DNA from: Trichosphaerium sp. ATCC 40318
Lineage: Eukaryota; Protista; Tubulinea
Reading direction: 5' to 3'
Assembly: GCA_038496445.1 (NCBI GenBank)
Contig: JALMLS010000376.1
Coordinates: forward strand, 186,001-250,000
Length of the DNA stretch: 64,000 nucleotides
The notes beneath the pieces are model-generated. The model ran no database searches. It was not told the origin of the DNA and was given only the letters and a program-made list of their open reading frames with translations. The translations under genes and the position numbers were made by a program. Below, in pieces: positions 37,601 through 51,817 of the stretch. Each line of letters begins with the position of its first letter. Position 1 is the stretch's first letter.

Positions 37601-40600
37601 GAAGACGTCGTGCAACTCTTCTTATGCGTAAAGCACAGTTAGAGTATTTACGTACTCGTAAAAAAATTATTAATTTACAAGCACGTGTTCAAAGTTGGCT
37701 TTACGGTAAAAAGTGCGTGCTTCTCCATTTCGTTGTTTCTTCATTTTTTCGTCGCTCTTAACCGTGTTTCTTTTTCTGTAGAGTACGACGTTGGTATTTA
37801 CAGACCTTGAAGGATATAATAATGCTCCAGACAGTATTTAGATCTAGTCTTTCAAACCAGTACTATAACTATGCTAAAGATTCAGTTGTATACTTGCAAT
37901 CAGTAGTTAGACGCTCTAATGCACAATCACAAGCTTTACAACTTCATTTCGAAGATCAAGAGCGTAAACGCATTGCCGAAGAAGCAAGGCTTGCTGAAGA
38001 AGCAGAACGTGCACGTATTGCACAAGAACAAGCTGAAAAGGCAGAGCAAGAGCGCATTGCCTACGAAGCAGAACAAGCACGCCTGGCTGCGGAGCAAGCT
38101 AGACTAGAAAGAGAGCAGCAAGAAGCTCAAAATGAAGCAGAGCAAGCCAGGATTGCAAAGGAACAAGAAGATGCTAGAATCGCTCAAGAAGAAGCTGCAG
38201 CTGCAGAACAACAACGGCTCGAAGAACAACGCCTTGCTGAAGAAGAGAGGATTAGAGTACAAGCTGAAGCAGATGCTGCTAGACTACAAGAAGTTGAGGC
38301 TCAAAAACAATCAGCAGCCATCCCAATAAGGAAGTCATCTTCTTACTTTCCGCCACCGGGACCTTCAACACCTGAAACATTTGATAGTCCACCTATTCAA
38401 TCTGTTCTAGCACCACCTCCTCCGCCAATATCCAGCACTATCCCACCACCTCCTATCACCCAACCTGAACCTGTTGTTCAACCTGAACCTGTTGCTCCTG
38501 TTCAACCTGCAGATTCGGTTGGTAGCTCAGGTACGTTGACAAATGGTTCTTCTCATGTTAGCTAACCTGGTGTTTTTAAGCTGGCATTGATCAAAATTTC
38601 AGTAGACTAAGCGAACTCGAAGCTATGATGGGAGACTTTGATCCTGATTTTAGCTTGAGTGAGCAAGATTTGGATGGACTTGATTCAGAAGAAATTGTTT
38701 TGGATCTCATAACTGATGAGAATACTGTACTTGACTTGGATATCACAGCGGATGATTTGGATATGGTAGAAAACTTGGTAAAGAACGCTGCAGGTACTAC
38801 AAGTCAAAGGCTCCTTTTCTTTACCTTCTTCTTTAATATTCATGTACCTAGCTCCTCCTGCATTACCTATGGCTGGTGTTACCAACCCAGAAGTATCACC
38901 TAGACTTCCACCACGTAAGTTTAAACAAATGTATTTTGTGTACTTACTTTGTTTTACTAGCATCTCCAAAGGTTCCTTTCGTACCACCTCCTATGGAGAG
39001 TGTCCCTACTTTCATGCAAGTAAAGCATACAGATGGTGCTGCGCCTATATTACAACAACCACCTCAAGCTCCTACAGTAACTTCTCCAACACGTGCACGA
39101 TCAACTTCGATAACGCAATCCGTACGATGCTGTTTTTTTTGTGGATTACTGCTTACTGACTTTGTTTGCTTAGATAAAGCAAAATACGTCTACGTCACCA
39201 CGTATTGATATTGCTTCTCTAACGAAACAAAATATTGAACGTCAAGAGCAAACAAATGCTAACTTGAAAGCAATATTGGAGGCAGAAGATAAACTCAGAG
39301 AACGAATGGATCAAGGTTAGTTACATCCTTTTTTTTTGTCAAAGCTGCTTTCGACTTACATTAAATACCTTGTAGATAAGAAAACTAGTTCAAGACCACC
39401 TCCAGTTATGTCAAGCACGGCAGAATTACGTAAGAGAAAGGCAGCAAAGCGCATGTCAACTTGTACGTCATCAATTTGTTAATTTTTTTTGACTTGTTGA
39501 TAAGTTTTCTTGTTACCAAGCTAACCTTTTCTTTTTTGTATAGATGCTGATCCTCTCACAAAGATCAACTATAAAGCGCAAGTAGAAGTTGCTGAGATTG
39601 ATGCCCAGCACTTGCCACAAAGTCGAGTATTCTCAGAGCCAGAACCATTTCCTCAACCGGAATGGCATGGTTCTCCTGATCAGGTTGAAGAATATAAAGC
39701 CTTCATGCTTCTCAAATACGAATGGGAGACATGGCATAATAAAAAGCTTGCTTGGGAAGAATCAGAGAAACAAAGGGTTGAACAGCAATCAAAGAAGAAA
39801 AAGAAGCATAGAAAGAGTAAAAAACCAGATCTATCAGCTTACGGATTTGCCTCTGGACCAGGACAGAAGACAAAGAAGAAAAAGTGGACGTAAGTACTTC
39901 TGCTTACATATTTTTTTCAAAGGAAAACCTTTAGATTTACTCACACGTGTTTCTTAATCATTCTTTAAAGTTTCTTCTTTTCTTTTTTTTTTTTTTGCTT
40001 TTTTGGTCGTAGTTGGCGCCTCACTCCATGTGTTCACTGATTTTAAGTCATCTTAATTAATGTGTTATTAGTTTCCGATCAAGTTCGAAACGCTCAAGCG
40101 CTAAGAGAACGAGTTCTAAACGTAATAATAGAAAGTCTATGAAGGCAAACAAGAGTACGCTAAACAGTTGGCTGTTTTTTGGTTACTTATTTCGTTTTAA
40201 AGGGCTCGCCAAGAATGTCATTACCGACTACACACCTTTCATTAAAGCAGAGCATTTCCCACCGCAACCTTTTGTTAAACCAGAATGGGTTGGTGGAGAT
40301 GAAACAGCGTACAAAGCGTTCATCAAAATGAAGTTTAGAGTGCGTCTCACTTTTTTTTGTTTTGAGATAAACCAAGCTCCACTCAACTACTTTTTTCTTT
40401 AACACAACCTTAGTGGGAGAATTGGTTCAACTGTCATACGAAATGGATACAGCATAAAGAAACACATGAAGACACAATATCAGAGAGTGCTGAACAAAGT
40501 ATTTCAGAAACGGAAAGCCCTGCAGCACCTGGATACGTACCACCACCTCCAAAGTATAAGCCAGCTGGACCAGTATCTCCTGACCTGCCTGCTGCACCTT

Positions 40601-41170
40601 TGTCTCCAACATACAGGCCACCGCCTCCTGTGATCCCACAGACAGTAGAGGCTAACCAAGGAGCTCCTCCTGCGGCTCCTCTACCAGGCGCACTGGAAGG
40701 AGCTCCTCCTGCTCCTCCACCGCCTCCATCTAGCGCCCCAGCTCCTCCTCCACCGCCACCTGTGAGTACTCTTGCTCCTCCACCGCCACCAGCGAGTACT
40801 CCTGCTCCTCCGCCTCCCCCGCCAGCAGATGTTCCAGCGCCGCCACCCCCTCCGCCAATGAATACTACAGCGCCTCCACCGCCTCCACCGCCTCCTGGTA
40901 TGGGTAATAGTGCTGGAGCACCTCCTAACTTCCCTCCACCGAAATTGAACCCACCTCCTCCTTCTAGCGTACGGTTTTTATTTAATTAGCTCCAAGCACT
41001 TTACAAAAGAAAAGCTTGAACGAGGTTGATTAGTTACTAATTGTTTGATTTAGAGAACAGATGATATTGATATAGATATTGACATTAATATCGATGACAT
41101 GGGAGATGTACTTGATGGTATGGATGATGCTGATTTTGACAATTTGCTCGAAAGCGCTGGAATCTATTAA
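34620..41170 (+). CDS. Unconventional myosin heavy chain (motor, ~4-5 IQ-like motifs, SAH/coiled coil, Pro-rich/acidic tail)
   Basis: [56 protein letters not shown]; IQ-like [14 protein letters not shown]; E/A/R/Q-rich helix; polyproline; acidic C-terminus. Confidence 0.93.
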
Positions 41171-41595
41171 AAGAAAGGAATGTATAGCCGACATCACACA
41201 ACCTCTGTAAAAAACCCCAAATTACTGTTATTTAGTAAAATCGAAGTTGACTTATGGTTTGACATAATGGATAAATTGTAATTGCGAACGTTACAAACAA
41301 TGATTGATGCAAGTAAGGATCACTTCGGTCTGTGGTTTTGCATTGGTTAGCCAGGAATTGACTAAAAAATGATCTGTTTTCTGAAAACAAAAATGTTGAG
41401 AGTCATAACTATTTTTGCAATCGTGTTTGTACATTTTTATTTTACATTGTTTTTACATTTCTTTTTTACATTTTTTGGTGTTTTTTTTTTACAGATTCTG
41501 TTTTACATTTGATATGATTAATCTTAATTTTCTTCGTGAGTTATTTGGTAGGTTTTCTTTGAACTTAGATTTGTTCGCAGCTAGAACACTTGTAA

Positions 41596-44500
41596 CTACA
41601 CGCATTTGTCTAGTGCTTGTTTTCGGGCATTTGTTAAAGAAGAGTGACTTATCGATTGCAGTGGAGGATGCCTTAAATAGCTTTTGGCGTTTTTCTCTTC
41701 CCACACTGCCCATTGGCTCTTGGGTACTTCGTTTTCTTGTTCTATTGGAAGGTAATGGACTGTTAAGCATAGACTTCTTGTTTTCTTTGTCTTGAATAAA
41801 CGATTCCTTCCTTTGATGTGTTGTTGTTGCATGTGAGACAGAGCTATTGTAAGATGAGTACAACTCGTAGTATAGATGTTTGATATTTCTACGTACCATT
41901 TAGGGAAGTTTTCCTCATAATATTGTCGAAGCAGAGGTTTCACAACTGAGATTGAAGTGTCATCACGTGTTTTGTTTTCGACTGGATTAGGTTTCCTCCG
42001 CTTCGCGTCCTTCCGAGTTGTACTGTCCAACGCACTTTCTGCAGATCGTTTCTTACTACGTGTTCTTCGCGGTAGTATATCTGTCTTGCTCATTGGTGTT
42101 TGGCTAGACCGTTTTGGTGACGAGGAAGGTGTAATTTTTTTCGTCGATCCTGGTATGATAACTTTTGTTCTTCCAGACCTTTTTACACCATTCTTCACTT
42201 TTGGTTTAACAACACGTGATTTAGGTTCCTTTTTCTTTTGTTTTTCTTCGTATAGAGGACATACACGGTTTGTTTTCATGTGTCCAGTCATACCACATTT
42301 ACCACATTTTAAAGTCTAAAAAGCATTTGCGTTAGACTTTAGGTGTTGGGTGATGGCGAGGTGACGTACGATTTTCCTTCTTTTTCCGTTTTGCTCAATT
42401 ATACCATTCATATCTCCTCTTTCATAACGTTCTCTGAGTATTTCTCTTTTCTTCTGTTGAGCTGTAACACGTCTTTTCTTTTCTTGATTTTTTCTCTTTT
42501 CTCGTTTAAGTTGTGTTGCTTTTTCTTGAGCTTCACGTGTTTGCATTAAACTAAACGGTAAAAAACAATAAGCACTAAAAGAAAAGAAAAGTACACAAAA
42601 ATGAAAACAAGAGACAAGTTCTTACAGAGGACGCCTTGAACTGCGTTTCCTTTTCTTGGATATTATCATATTGACTTCATCCTTATCAGCAATGATCTCA
42701 TAACAAGTGTGGACAGAGCCATCAGATAGTGGCGTCTAAAGCGGGTTAGTAAGTGAAAACAAAGGCATTGTACTTACTATTATCTTCTTGGCAAATACAC
42801 CTCCCTTTATTTGATGTACTGAAGCCAAAGCATCGTTAACAGTCTCTGCTGTAAGAGCATCTTGATCGACAACTTCAGAGGGTAAACTAGGGTCATAGAT
42901 GGTAAAGCTTTCTTCTTCAGAAACGCTCTCAGGTTCTTGAGTATTGAGCATACGAGCAAGCCTGTTTGCGCGATTTCTTTGATTCGTCTCCTTCTTTTCT
43001 AACGCTTTTTCTAATTCAAGCAAGTGCATACTATAATCTTCATCTTCTTCTTCATCATCTACGTCCTCTTCGTATTCTTCTTCGTTTCGTAGAAAACGTA
43101 GTTGAGTTTCAAAAATAGTTTGGCATATATCGTTGTATTCTTGCTGGTGTTCAGCTACCGTCTTCCTGTGAGGTCTGATAAACTTGAGAACACTTTCACT
43201 GCGCTCTCCAGCTTCTTTAGCCTTAGCAGAAAGTCTAGTGATAGCCTCAATGCGTCCCCATCTGCCGAGTTTTGCTATTCCTTCTTGTCTCATTCCAAGC
43301 CGTAGAAGGATAGATTTTGTTTGATGCAAAGTCATTTTGCGTAGATCACTATCTGTGCCGGTTCTTCGGACGCTTGGCAATTGATTCTCTTTCGAGGATG
43401 ATGCAAAGCTTGAGCGTCTATAATAACTAAAAGCTTCACCTCGTCCAGAGGGATCACCGGATCCTGTAAGTTGAAGGATGCCTTTTCCTTTCATAGCATC
43501 AACAAAATTTCTAAAGATGATATCATTAGCAACACCTTTTCTTCGTTAATAATTGTCGTACCTTGTAAGGTTCCAAGGTGTATCTTGGAGCGCGTTTAGA
43601 ATGTAAGAAGAAGCACGTTGCGTAGTTCCAGGTTTGCTGGCCCATTTTAATGCCTTGCTTGCTAATGCCGGTGTCACTACGTTAAGCCGTTCCTGTTATA
43701 AAGAGTAAGCGCATACAGCTAATAAAGTGTTTGTCATACCACTCCAGCATTATGCAAACGAGATAATCCAGCTTGCATAGCTTCATACTGACACGTCATT
43801 TCTGGTGACACAATTCTTTGGATATCTCCTTCAGGTAATAATTTGTATCCACTCTTTAAAATCCACACGTTTTGCGGCCTGTCGTATGAGCAACATGTCT
43901 GTGTTGAACGTATTAGTAAGAGGGATACTTTAGCTACTGGTACCCTTAAAATACATCGGATTTGACTATCCGAAGTTGAAGGAAACTTTGCTTTGACTTC
44001 CTGTGAAGTTATCGAAACAACATTATTGTTGGCTTTCTTGGATAACATTCTGTGAACTGATGCACGTAGTCGGTTTTTACTGTACTCCAGCGCATTTCGA
44101 GAATTAGGAGCCCATACCTAGGTTTGTGTTAATAAGCCAACCCTGCGGTTATTGTGGTGAACATACCTCTTTTTTTGGTTGGCACTGACCAACAGTATAT
44201 GTTGCAGAAATCTCTCGAATATAAAATCGATTACCTCTTTTAACAAGAAGAAAATCTGTATGCTGCTTATGCTCGACAATAGGCGCTTTGTATAAATTAT
44301 TTTCAAGGCTTTGCACAACTGATCCCGGCGTTATGTCACCAAGAAAAGGCGATTTGTCATCATCTTCAAGATGTATTGTCTGCCCGTCTTTGTACTGCAA
44401 ACAAGTTAGTATAGATAATGGCTCGTGTGAATCGTACATTTAGCTTGACGCTGTCTTGTTTATCTTTCTTCCGATAATAATTCTTTACATGGCTGGCCAT

Positions 44501-46036
44501 GCCAGGTATACCGAGAACATGTGGATGCTCTTCTGTATACTCACACAACACTACTCTGCCTGTTTTAGCTGTCAAGTCCTTCTTGGATGTTATTTCTAAA
44601 CGGCTTAGCGAAACGAAAGGAATTGTACTTTGACTTACTGCTACAGCCTGTGTTTGCAATCTTGATCTTGTAGCGCGCGTTTTGACCTGAGTTTTGCTTC
44701 GTTTTTAAAGATTGGATGCGAGGTCGGTTGTAGTATTTAAGCTCTTGTCGAGAATAGCAAGTTTTGGCCGTCTGTAATTTCATAGCTGGTTGAGTATGTT
44801 CTAGACTCATTCTCGACGATATAGCCATACTGTTCTTATCGTAATACTCATCATTTGACAAGTTAAATAAATCTTTATTAGGATTGCGCTCAGAGAACAC
44901 TTTTCTATCACCAACGCCTAACAAATTAGCTTTTTCATTTCTCAGACTATAAAAAGTACCTGGCATTGCTAGCCTGCGCCTTGATACTTTAGTATCTTCA
45001 CATGGTTTCGTAGGTAGTTGATTCTTGGTTTGGCGGTTTGGATATTGAAAAACAAGATCTGGATTGTCAAGGTCTATCGACACTTAGCACGTGACGAAAA
45101 AAAAGTCAATGATGTACGTAGTATTAAGTTTGTATTGACAGGTGTTTCTGGTTTTTTGCAATCATCCCAAACGATGGATTTTAGCCAGTTGTTTCCCTGT
45201 AGCTCTTTGTTTTTTGTAGTAGCGAAGAATTCATGCTCTTGCTTAACTTCTTTTTTCACAGGAATAGGCTCGGCACGTTGTATCTTTGGCATCCCAACAA
45301 CATGCGCAAGAACTTGCCTTTCTGGAGCTGGAGTCGCTTTCCGTGGCATTTGCGATTTCGGTTGGGACAAGTAGTCAAGTGAAATGCATTCCTTTGAAAC
45401 AGTAAGCATAATTTTATTTTGTTGAAAAGTACGTGCCTCATCTTCCAGCCAATCATTCGTTTCTTCTTCACTATCATCGTCCCAACAAATGTCATCCTCC
45501 CATGTATTTAATCGTACAGAAGGCGTGTTGAGTACTTCAATCGCTTCACGACGGGCTTTTGCAAGGTCTCTATCTCCTGTGTATTCTAATTGAAAACCAA
45601 CCGAAATATCAACGGCAGGAGGCACAACGCAGACAGGTTTTGCAGTAGCCAACTTAAGACGGCTCAGAGGTATCGATGAAGTGGATAGGAAGAGTGCTTC
45701 TTCATCAACGGCTTTGCTTATAGCAGGCTGTTCGACTTTTTGGGGTTAACCCACTACACAAGTAGAAGCAACAAACTTGGTCGTACACTGTAGATTCTTT
45801 TTAACAAGCTTATTTGAATCAAAGACCGACAACGCAATGGCATCATCTTGATGGAATAAGTCACTAAACGCCAATGTACACTCGTCAGAATTTACATGGC
45901 TACCAACAAGATACTTTTGCACTTGCGCTCTCTAGGAGAAACATTAACAAATGCGCACAGAGTTTTGTGCAAATATTTCAAAGCCTTGATTGAATACCAT
46001 TTTTGATGCATCGAGTTTCGAACTGGTAGTTGCCAT
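41596..46036 (-). CDS. TAF1: TFIID subunit 1 (DUF3591/HAT region + zinc knuckle); start uncertain
   Basis: FNLSNDEYY, LCEYTEEHP...GMASHVKNYYRK, SPFLGDITPG, LENNLYKAP, PWNLT, LQLTGSGDPSGRGEAFSY, TGTDSDLRK, CGKCGMTGHMKTNRVCP. Confidence 0.9.
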
Positions 46037-46872
46037 ACTAGTATTAAGGTACGTAGAGGGGTCGAGGTTGGTGTGTAACTAACTGTAAAGAGGGACGATG
46101 AAAAACAGCACAAAGACAAACAAAACGGCAAACGTAAAAAAAAACCCAAACGGCGGTTTAAAGAAGAAAGGCTTGACACATACGCAAAAACAAGTGGAAT
46201 AAGTACAATTCCGCCAAGTTGCTTTTTTTCGTGATTGATTTTGTATATCGTTAAGTGAAGTAAAAAACTTTCAGAAATTAGAGCTTACAAACTCTCTAAC
46301 AGAGATATTTTTGTTGTGGTTTTCAGCAAATCGTTTAGTTTCGCTCATACAAAGCCACTCTGGCGCTAAGGCGCGTTTTTGTTCTGGTTTGTTGAATCTG
46401 TTGCTCACAGAGCGGCTCAAACGCAGTTATTTGGTAATATAAAAACGCTGTTAAGACAACGTTACGGCTGTAGAAGAAAACTCGAGAAAACACTTCAGAA
46501 CTACTGAACGAGAACAATATTGCCTAATATTGTTTGCACATATTGTTTTCTACTGTGTAAAGTTAGTTTTGATGACTCTAACTAAAATATACGATTTCAA
46601 AAGCTAATTAATTAAATTAAAGTATCTAGCTTTATGTATTTTGCCTAACGCGTTGAAACGTCTGAAATTTATAATTTGCAGCGATTTTTCCGAAAGGCTC
46701 GAGTTATGTGCTTTACTGTAACTACGTACCACCTAGAGCAGCGCGTTGTAGTCGTGAGCGGCGAAGCGAGTATTTAACGAGATTATTTGGGCAGTCAGTG
46801 CGAGTCTAACAAGCGTTTTTTTTCCACGAAGTTATTTCCTTTTTCTATTTACACTACAAACAAAATTACATA

Positions 46873-49800
46873 CTATTCTAACAAGGACCGAAGCTTTAAA
46901 TCTATAACTTCCGCTTTTAAATCCAAACAAGCTTCTGTAAGTCTTTGCTCGGATGCTCTTAACTCAAAATTTTCCTCTATCAACGCTTGACTTTTACTTT
47001 TCTCGGTGTTCAGAAGCACGTTAAGAAGTACAATTTGTTGCTTCAACGCAGCAAGTTCAAGGGCACTCCTTTTGTCAGCAACTTTCTGATCACGTGACTA
47101 AAGACGTTAATCAGAATAATGAAGTTTTTTTTTGGATACCTTGTCTTTTATCCCATTGCTTTTGCTGTGTTCATTTCTAGTGAAACCATTGGCTCCAGCA
47201 TGAGTTGTATTAACGCGATGTAGAGAAAGGCAGTAAAGGAAGTGATCAAGTTCTTCTTGTCTAATAGTTCGTTGCCGTAAGTGATCTAGCTCATGCAACA
47301 CTACCTTGTTGTGTTGCAAATTGAAAGATCCAGATTTCCGGCTACTTCTGCACGGTTCACCCGGAGAGTAAGCAGTTGTTAGGAAAATTTGCTCATTGCT
47401 ACTTGATTGCTCAAAAAGTTGTTCAAACTCTTGTTGTATATGCGTATTATGATAGCAGTTGAAGTGAACCTCTTCTTCAGCTTGAGGCACAAAATCCCCA
47501 TTTGTATTAAAGTCATCCAGTACTTTTTCGCGTGGATTATGCTTTCCATTCTCAACCTCATGTTGATGGTTAGTTTCTATGATGACGGTTAGTAAAAAAG
47601 TGACAATGCTGTAATGTAACAAAAGTTTGTCTAGTTACTTTCTGTACCATCTTGTTCTACAAAAGCTGAGCCATTTAGCATACTCTTTAATTGCTCTAGA
47701 CTCTTTACGTTCTTCAGAGTGCTTAAAATAGAATCTTGATCTTCATTGTCAAAAATTACAGCTTTTTCAAGAGGATTCTCCTCTACAATACTATCATTTG
47801 GAAAGTAATCTTGATCTTCATTGGTTGAACTACACGTTAATTTAAAGGTGTGAAACAAGGCAATTTACAACCATCCTCATCTTACCCAATGTCTTCCACA
47901 GCTGGTGGTAGTATTAACGGTTCGGTAACTCCATTTGTAGATCCGTTTGATTGTACTGATGTTAACGCCTCCAAAACGTTTTCTGCGGCTTTTAGCTCTT
48001 CTAGTACATACGTGTCACCTTCTTCTGGAACTCCGTCATCAAGCTTGGTACTAGCAATGCCAGGTATTTTACCATCGTCCAGGTGTTGTGGTACTTTTTG
48101 TAGAGTCGGGAGATAAACAGAAGGAGTTGGTGGCTTGATAATTTCTTTGATATCGTAGTCATCGTCATCATCATCACTATCGCTAAGTTCAGAGCTCCAA
48201 TCGCTGCTGTCCTCATTTGCACTTGGATGTTGAGGCAAAGAGGTTGGCATAATATCCAATTCTGTTCCGTTACCACTGACGGAAACAGGGACATGATTGT
48301 TGTTACTAAAGATGTCTTCTGTAGAGTTTTCAGGTACTTCAAAATTTGTTTCTTGTTTATGCGATCCATTTGCTACTGGTCCTTCAATAGTTGACTCATC
48401 GGAAGATTGCAACGGAATGCCATTTGAGTCAACAAATACAGGTTCGTAGTTTTTAGGTATTTCTGGATCACCTTTATCTCGTATATCACCCACAACAACA
48501 GTGTAATCGCTCCCACCATATACACGCAGTAAATTGAATTTTGGTAAGTGAACTGGGAGAAACATTTGTTTTGGCAAAGCGAATTTAGTCTAGACAAAAA
48601 CTTAGAAAAAGAACAAACACTGGTTTAGTGTATTACCTCTGTTCGGCCTTCACCTAGTCCTGGTCCCTAAGATACTCGTTAATGAAAGCAAACAAGGATA
48701 AAACTCTAAAAACGTACTGTGCCCCATCCATATAATTCCCCTTCAGATGAGAGGGCTATAGAATGGTGTTCGCCCTATTGAAGAAATAAGTAATTTTGTT
48801 TAGCACAAAAAAATTGAACCACTCACCGCATCAATTGATACAAACTGTTTGTCTGTTAATGTTGGTATAAGTGTCGGTTGAGAAAGGGAAACATCAACAA
48901 TTTGTCCGAGTTGTGACCTAAAAAAGAGGTGTCAATTCACAACTACGGTTTTTTGCTTTGGCATACGTTGTATTAAACCCCCATGAATAAATTTGTCCAG
49001 AAGAAGACAAAGCCATAATATGCTCTCTACCAGATGTCAACTTTTTGAAAGTAATTGGCTGCCCGTTGTCATCCTTCAAAGATATTGTTAGCACTCAATC
49101 TAGTATTAAACAAAAGAATTACTCGTATAGTATCTGCCGCTGTTGGTAGCAGGTATCGTCCTTTGCCTTTACTAAGCTCCATTTCTCTCCACCCCCAGAA
49201 GTACAGTTGCCTTTAGTTAAATGTTAGAGACAAGTACAAACGGAATCACTTCAAATTTACCCTTTGTCGCAGATCGCTGCCGATTGGTATTTACCAGCTG
49301 CAATTGCGACGAAATTGATATGTGTAACAATCTAAAAACAACTCTGATTTTTAGTCCTCAGCAATCATAATTACACTCTCGCACCTCAAGTAGTTTAGGT
49401 TGTACAACGTCAAAAATATCATCGTGACCCAGTTTACCTCGGTCACCTCTTCCTATAATTATAACTTAATTCTCCAGCAATCATACTAAGTGCAGCATAC
49501 CAAATGAGTATATTCTGCCAGCGTCCGTTAGAAGGAGGACATGTTCTTCACCTGCCGAAATCTGTACAATAGGAACTGTTGAAGATATTTCAAGGAGATA
49601 CGGTTCATTGCATCTTCTCAAACTTGACCCAAGGCACTCACTTCCCCAAACATAAACCAAACCTAGATAATGCTTATTAGATGAGTTTTACTTACAAATT
49701 AAAGTACCCGACTCTGTGCGAGCAATAGAAAACTTTGAACCAGCAGCAACCTCTCTACAATCTGATAAACCAGATACCTTCTTTGGTACTTCGCAATCCT

Positions 49801-51694
49801 GTGTATCGCCATGACCAAGAGCGCCAAATATTCCTTTACCCATAGTGTACACATCACCAGTATCTTTAGGGAAACAAAAGTCAGACGATGAAAAACGCGA
49901 TAAAACGGCTTTTGAACAGTACTTGATAAGGCAACCAAGTGTCTTAGTCCACAAGAAACAGACACGAAAGAGATATTATCAACACCAAGTACTTCACGAC
50001 AACCTTGTTCAGTCGAAGTTGCATGACTTCCAATAACACTAAACAACTGTCAATACGTACTATCTATGAATGATTGTACCTTGTTAAGCTTGGTCCCCAG
50101 AATAGTAGGCGTCCTTTTGGTACTTTCTTAGCTACCTTTGCAGTTACGAAAGCAAAGTCTCCACCCGATGCTATGATGCCACATTCACATTCAAACTGTG
50201 CCATAGGAATAGGTTGAAAAATCAAGTCGTTAGATGTAATAACACTCGAGCCTAAAAACGGACGTAAGAGACTTCTCAAGGCTAGGAAACTAAATACCCC
50301 AACAATAGAGTTTGTCATCTTGGGTTATCGCAAGGGAATGGCTTTTACCAACAGCAACTTGTCGGAATGAAACATTCTTCTCGCACGTGATTAAAGTAGG
50401 TGTATTCAAAGAGGAATCAATGATATGTCCCAGACGCCCGAAGCCAGCTTCACCCCAACTACAAGGAGCGTGAGTGCGAATACCACATTAAACGCAATGT
50501 ACCTGTATAGTTTTCTATCACTTGATAAGGCCATGCAATGGTACTCGCCTTTAGTGATGTAAGATTAAAAACTAAAAAATAATCGTGTACCAACAGTGAT
50601 CGAGATGAATTTGATGTTCTCAACTCCTTTTATTTTTGCTGGGACAATGGATACAGAAATACTTGATCCTTGTCCTAATAGCGTACGCGACGTTCCCCAT
50701 GCGTATATCTCGCCCTACGAGATATTGGTAAATCAACATCACATGCTGAAAAAATAAAAATCACTTACTTGAGCTGAAACAGCGAAAGAACATTTTTGAT
50801 TAACGGCTATATCAACAAATTGAATGTGTGACACTGACGCAATAATCTTGGGATCTAGTGCATGCATATCTTCTTCATGACCAAGACGGTAAAAATTGGT
50901 ATTACCCCAAGACATCAAGTGGCCTAAGTCTTTGCATTAGAACAAAAAAATGAAAAAAGTTTTTTAGAATTACTTCTTAATTAACAAAAAATTACTAACC
51001 GTCTTCTGTAAGTGCTAATGAATGAAACTCTGATATAGCAACCTTAGAGAATAAAGTATCACCAACTGTTATTTTGGTTGGAGAACCGTTTACACCATGA
51101 TGATTCATTACTTGAGCGTCGGTAGTAACACCCCACGTGTACAAATGTCCTAGCGTTAAAAAAACATTAATTTGAAAAACATTTGTTACAGACCAATAAA
51201 ATGATTTGCTAATTTAGCGCAGGGTAGAAAGCGCGTCTGGTGCCTTCCTTACAATACTTTGATTGTAACAAAGTTGTTTGCTAAAATATTACGTGTAAAT
51301 GTCGTACCTTGTAGAGAAATGCCAGCACTACGCTTTGCACACGCAGCAATGCTTTTAAAGCGAATGTGGGTTGTGATAATTGGTTTGATGGCATCTAGAG
51401 CAGAGTTATGCCTATAAATATATCGCCTTACCTTCTCTGGAGCCGTCACCGAGCTGTCCGTACAAATTCTCGCCCCAGGCATACAACTCACCTTAATAGT
51501 ATTGAGAAAGCATCAAACAGAGCATATATACCTTTACTGTCAATGGCAAGTGCGTGGTGAGTACCAGCTACAACTTGTACTAATTCAACATTACGAAGGT
51601 CATCAAGTGGGCTAGGACGCTGCTCTACAACCCTTTGGCCGTTTCCCAACTGTAATGATTCTCCAGCACCCCAAGAGTGTAACCGCCATTCCAT
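46873..51694 (-). CDS. RCC1-repeat protein (about two beta-propellers) with a low-complexity linker and C-terminal coiled coil
   Basis: Many V+AGxxH+LA...G.+Y.WG.N..GQLG repeats across ~24 introns; final exon is heptad-rich (ELAALKQQIVLL...LKLRSLLE*). Confidence 0.88.
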
Positions 51695-51817
51695 GACACG
51701 TTATGTAGCAGTTGCGCAGAAAACTTGAACGCTGGAATTGTCAAAAAAGCAAGCCTTCAAAAATTTCCGAAAATTCAAAACGAGCACTAAATCAGTACAT
51801 TTGCTTTCAATATTCGC

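Noticed and set aside
37950-38310. GAAGAAGCA/GAACAA-rich repetitive DNA
   Set aside because: Explained by the E/A/Q/R-rich myosin helix; not an independent repeat or array.
41415-41899. Overlapping ORFs at the TAF1 3' end
   Set aside because: Alternative-frame or antisense ORFs over low-complexity sequence with no independent support, although an alternative TAF1 last exon cannot be excluded.
46049-46530. Intron-like and Lys-rich fragments on the plus strand upstream of TAF1
   Set aside because: Could not be assembled into a coherent ORF with a start codon; may be UTR or a small transcript.
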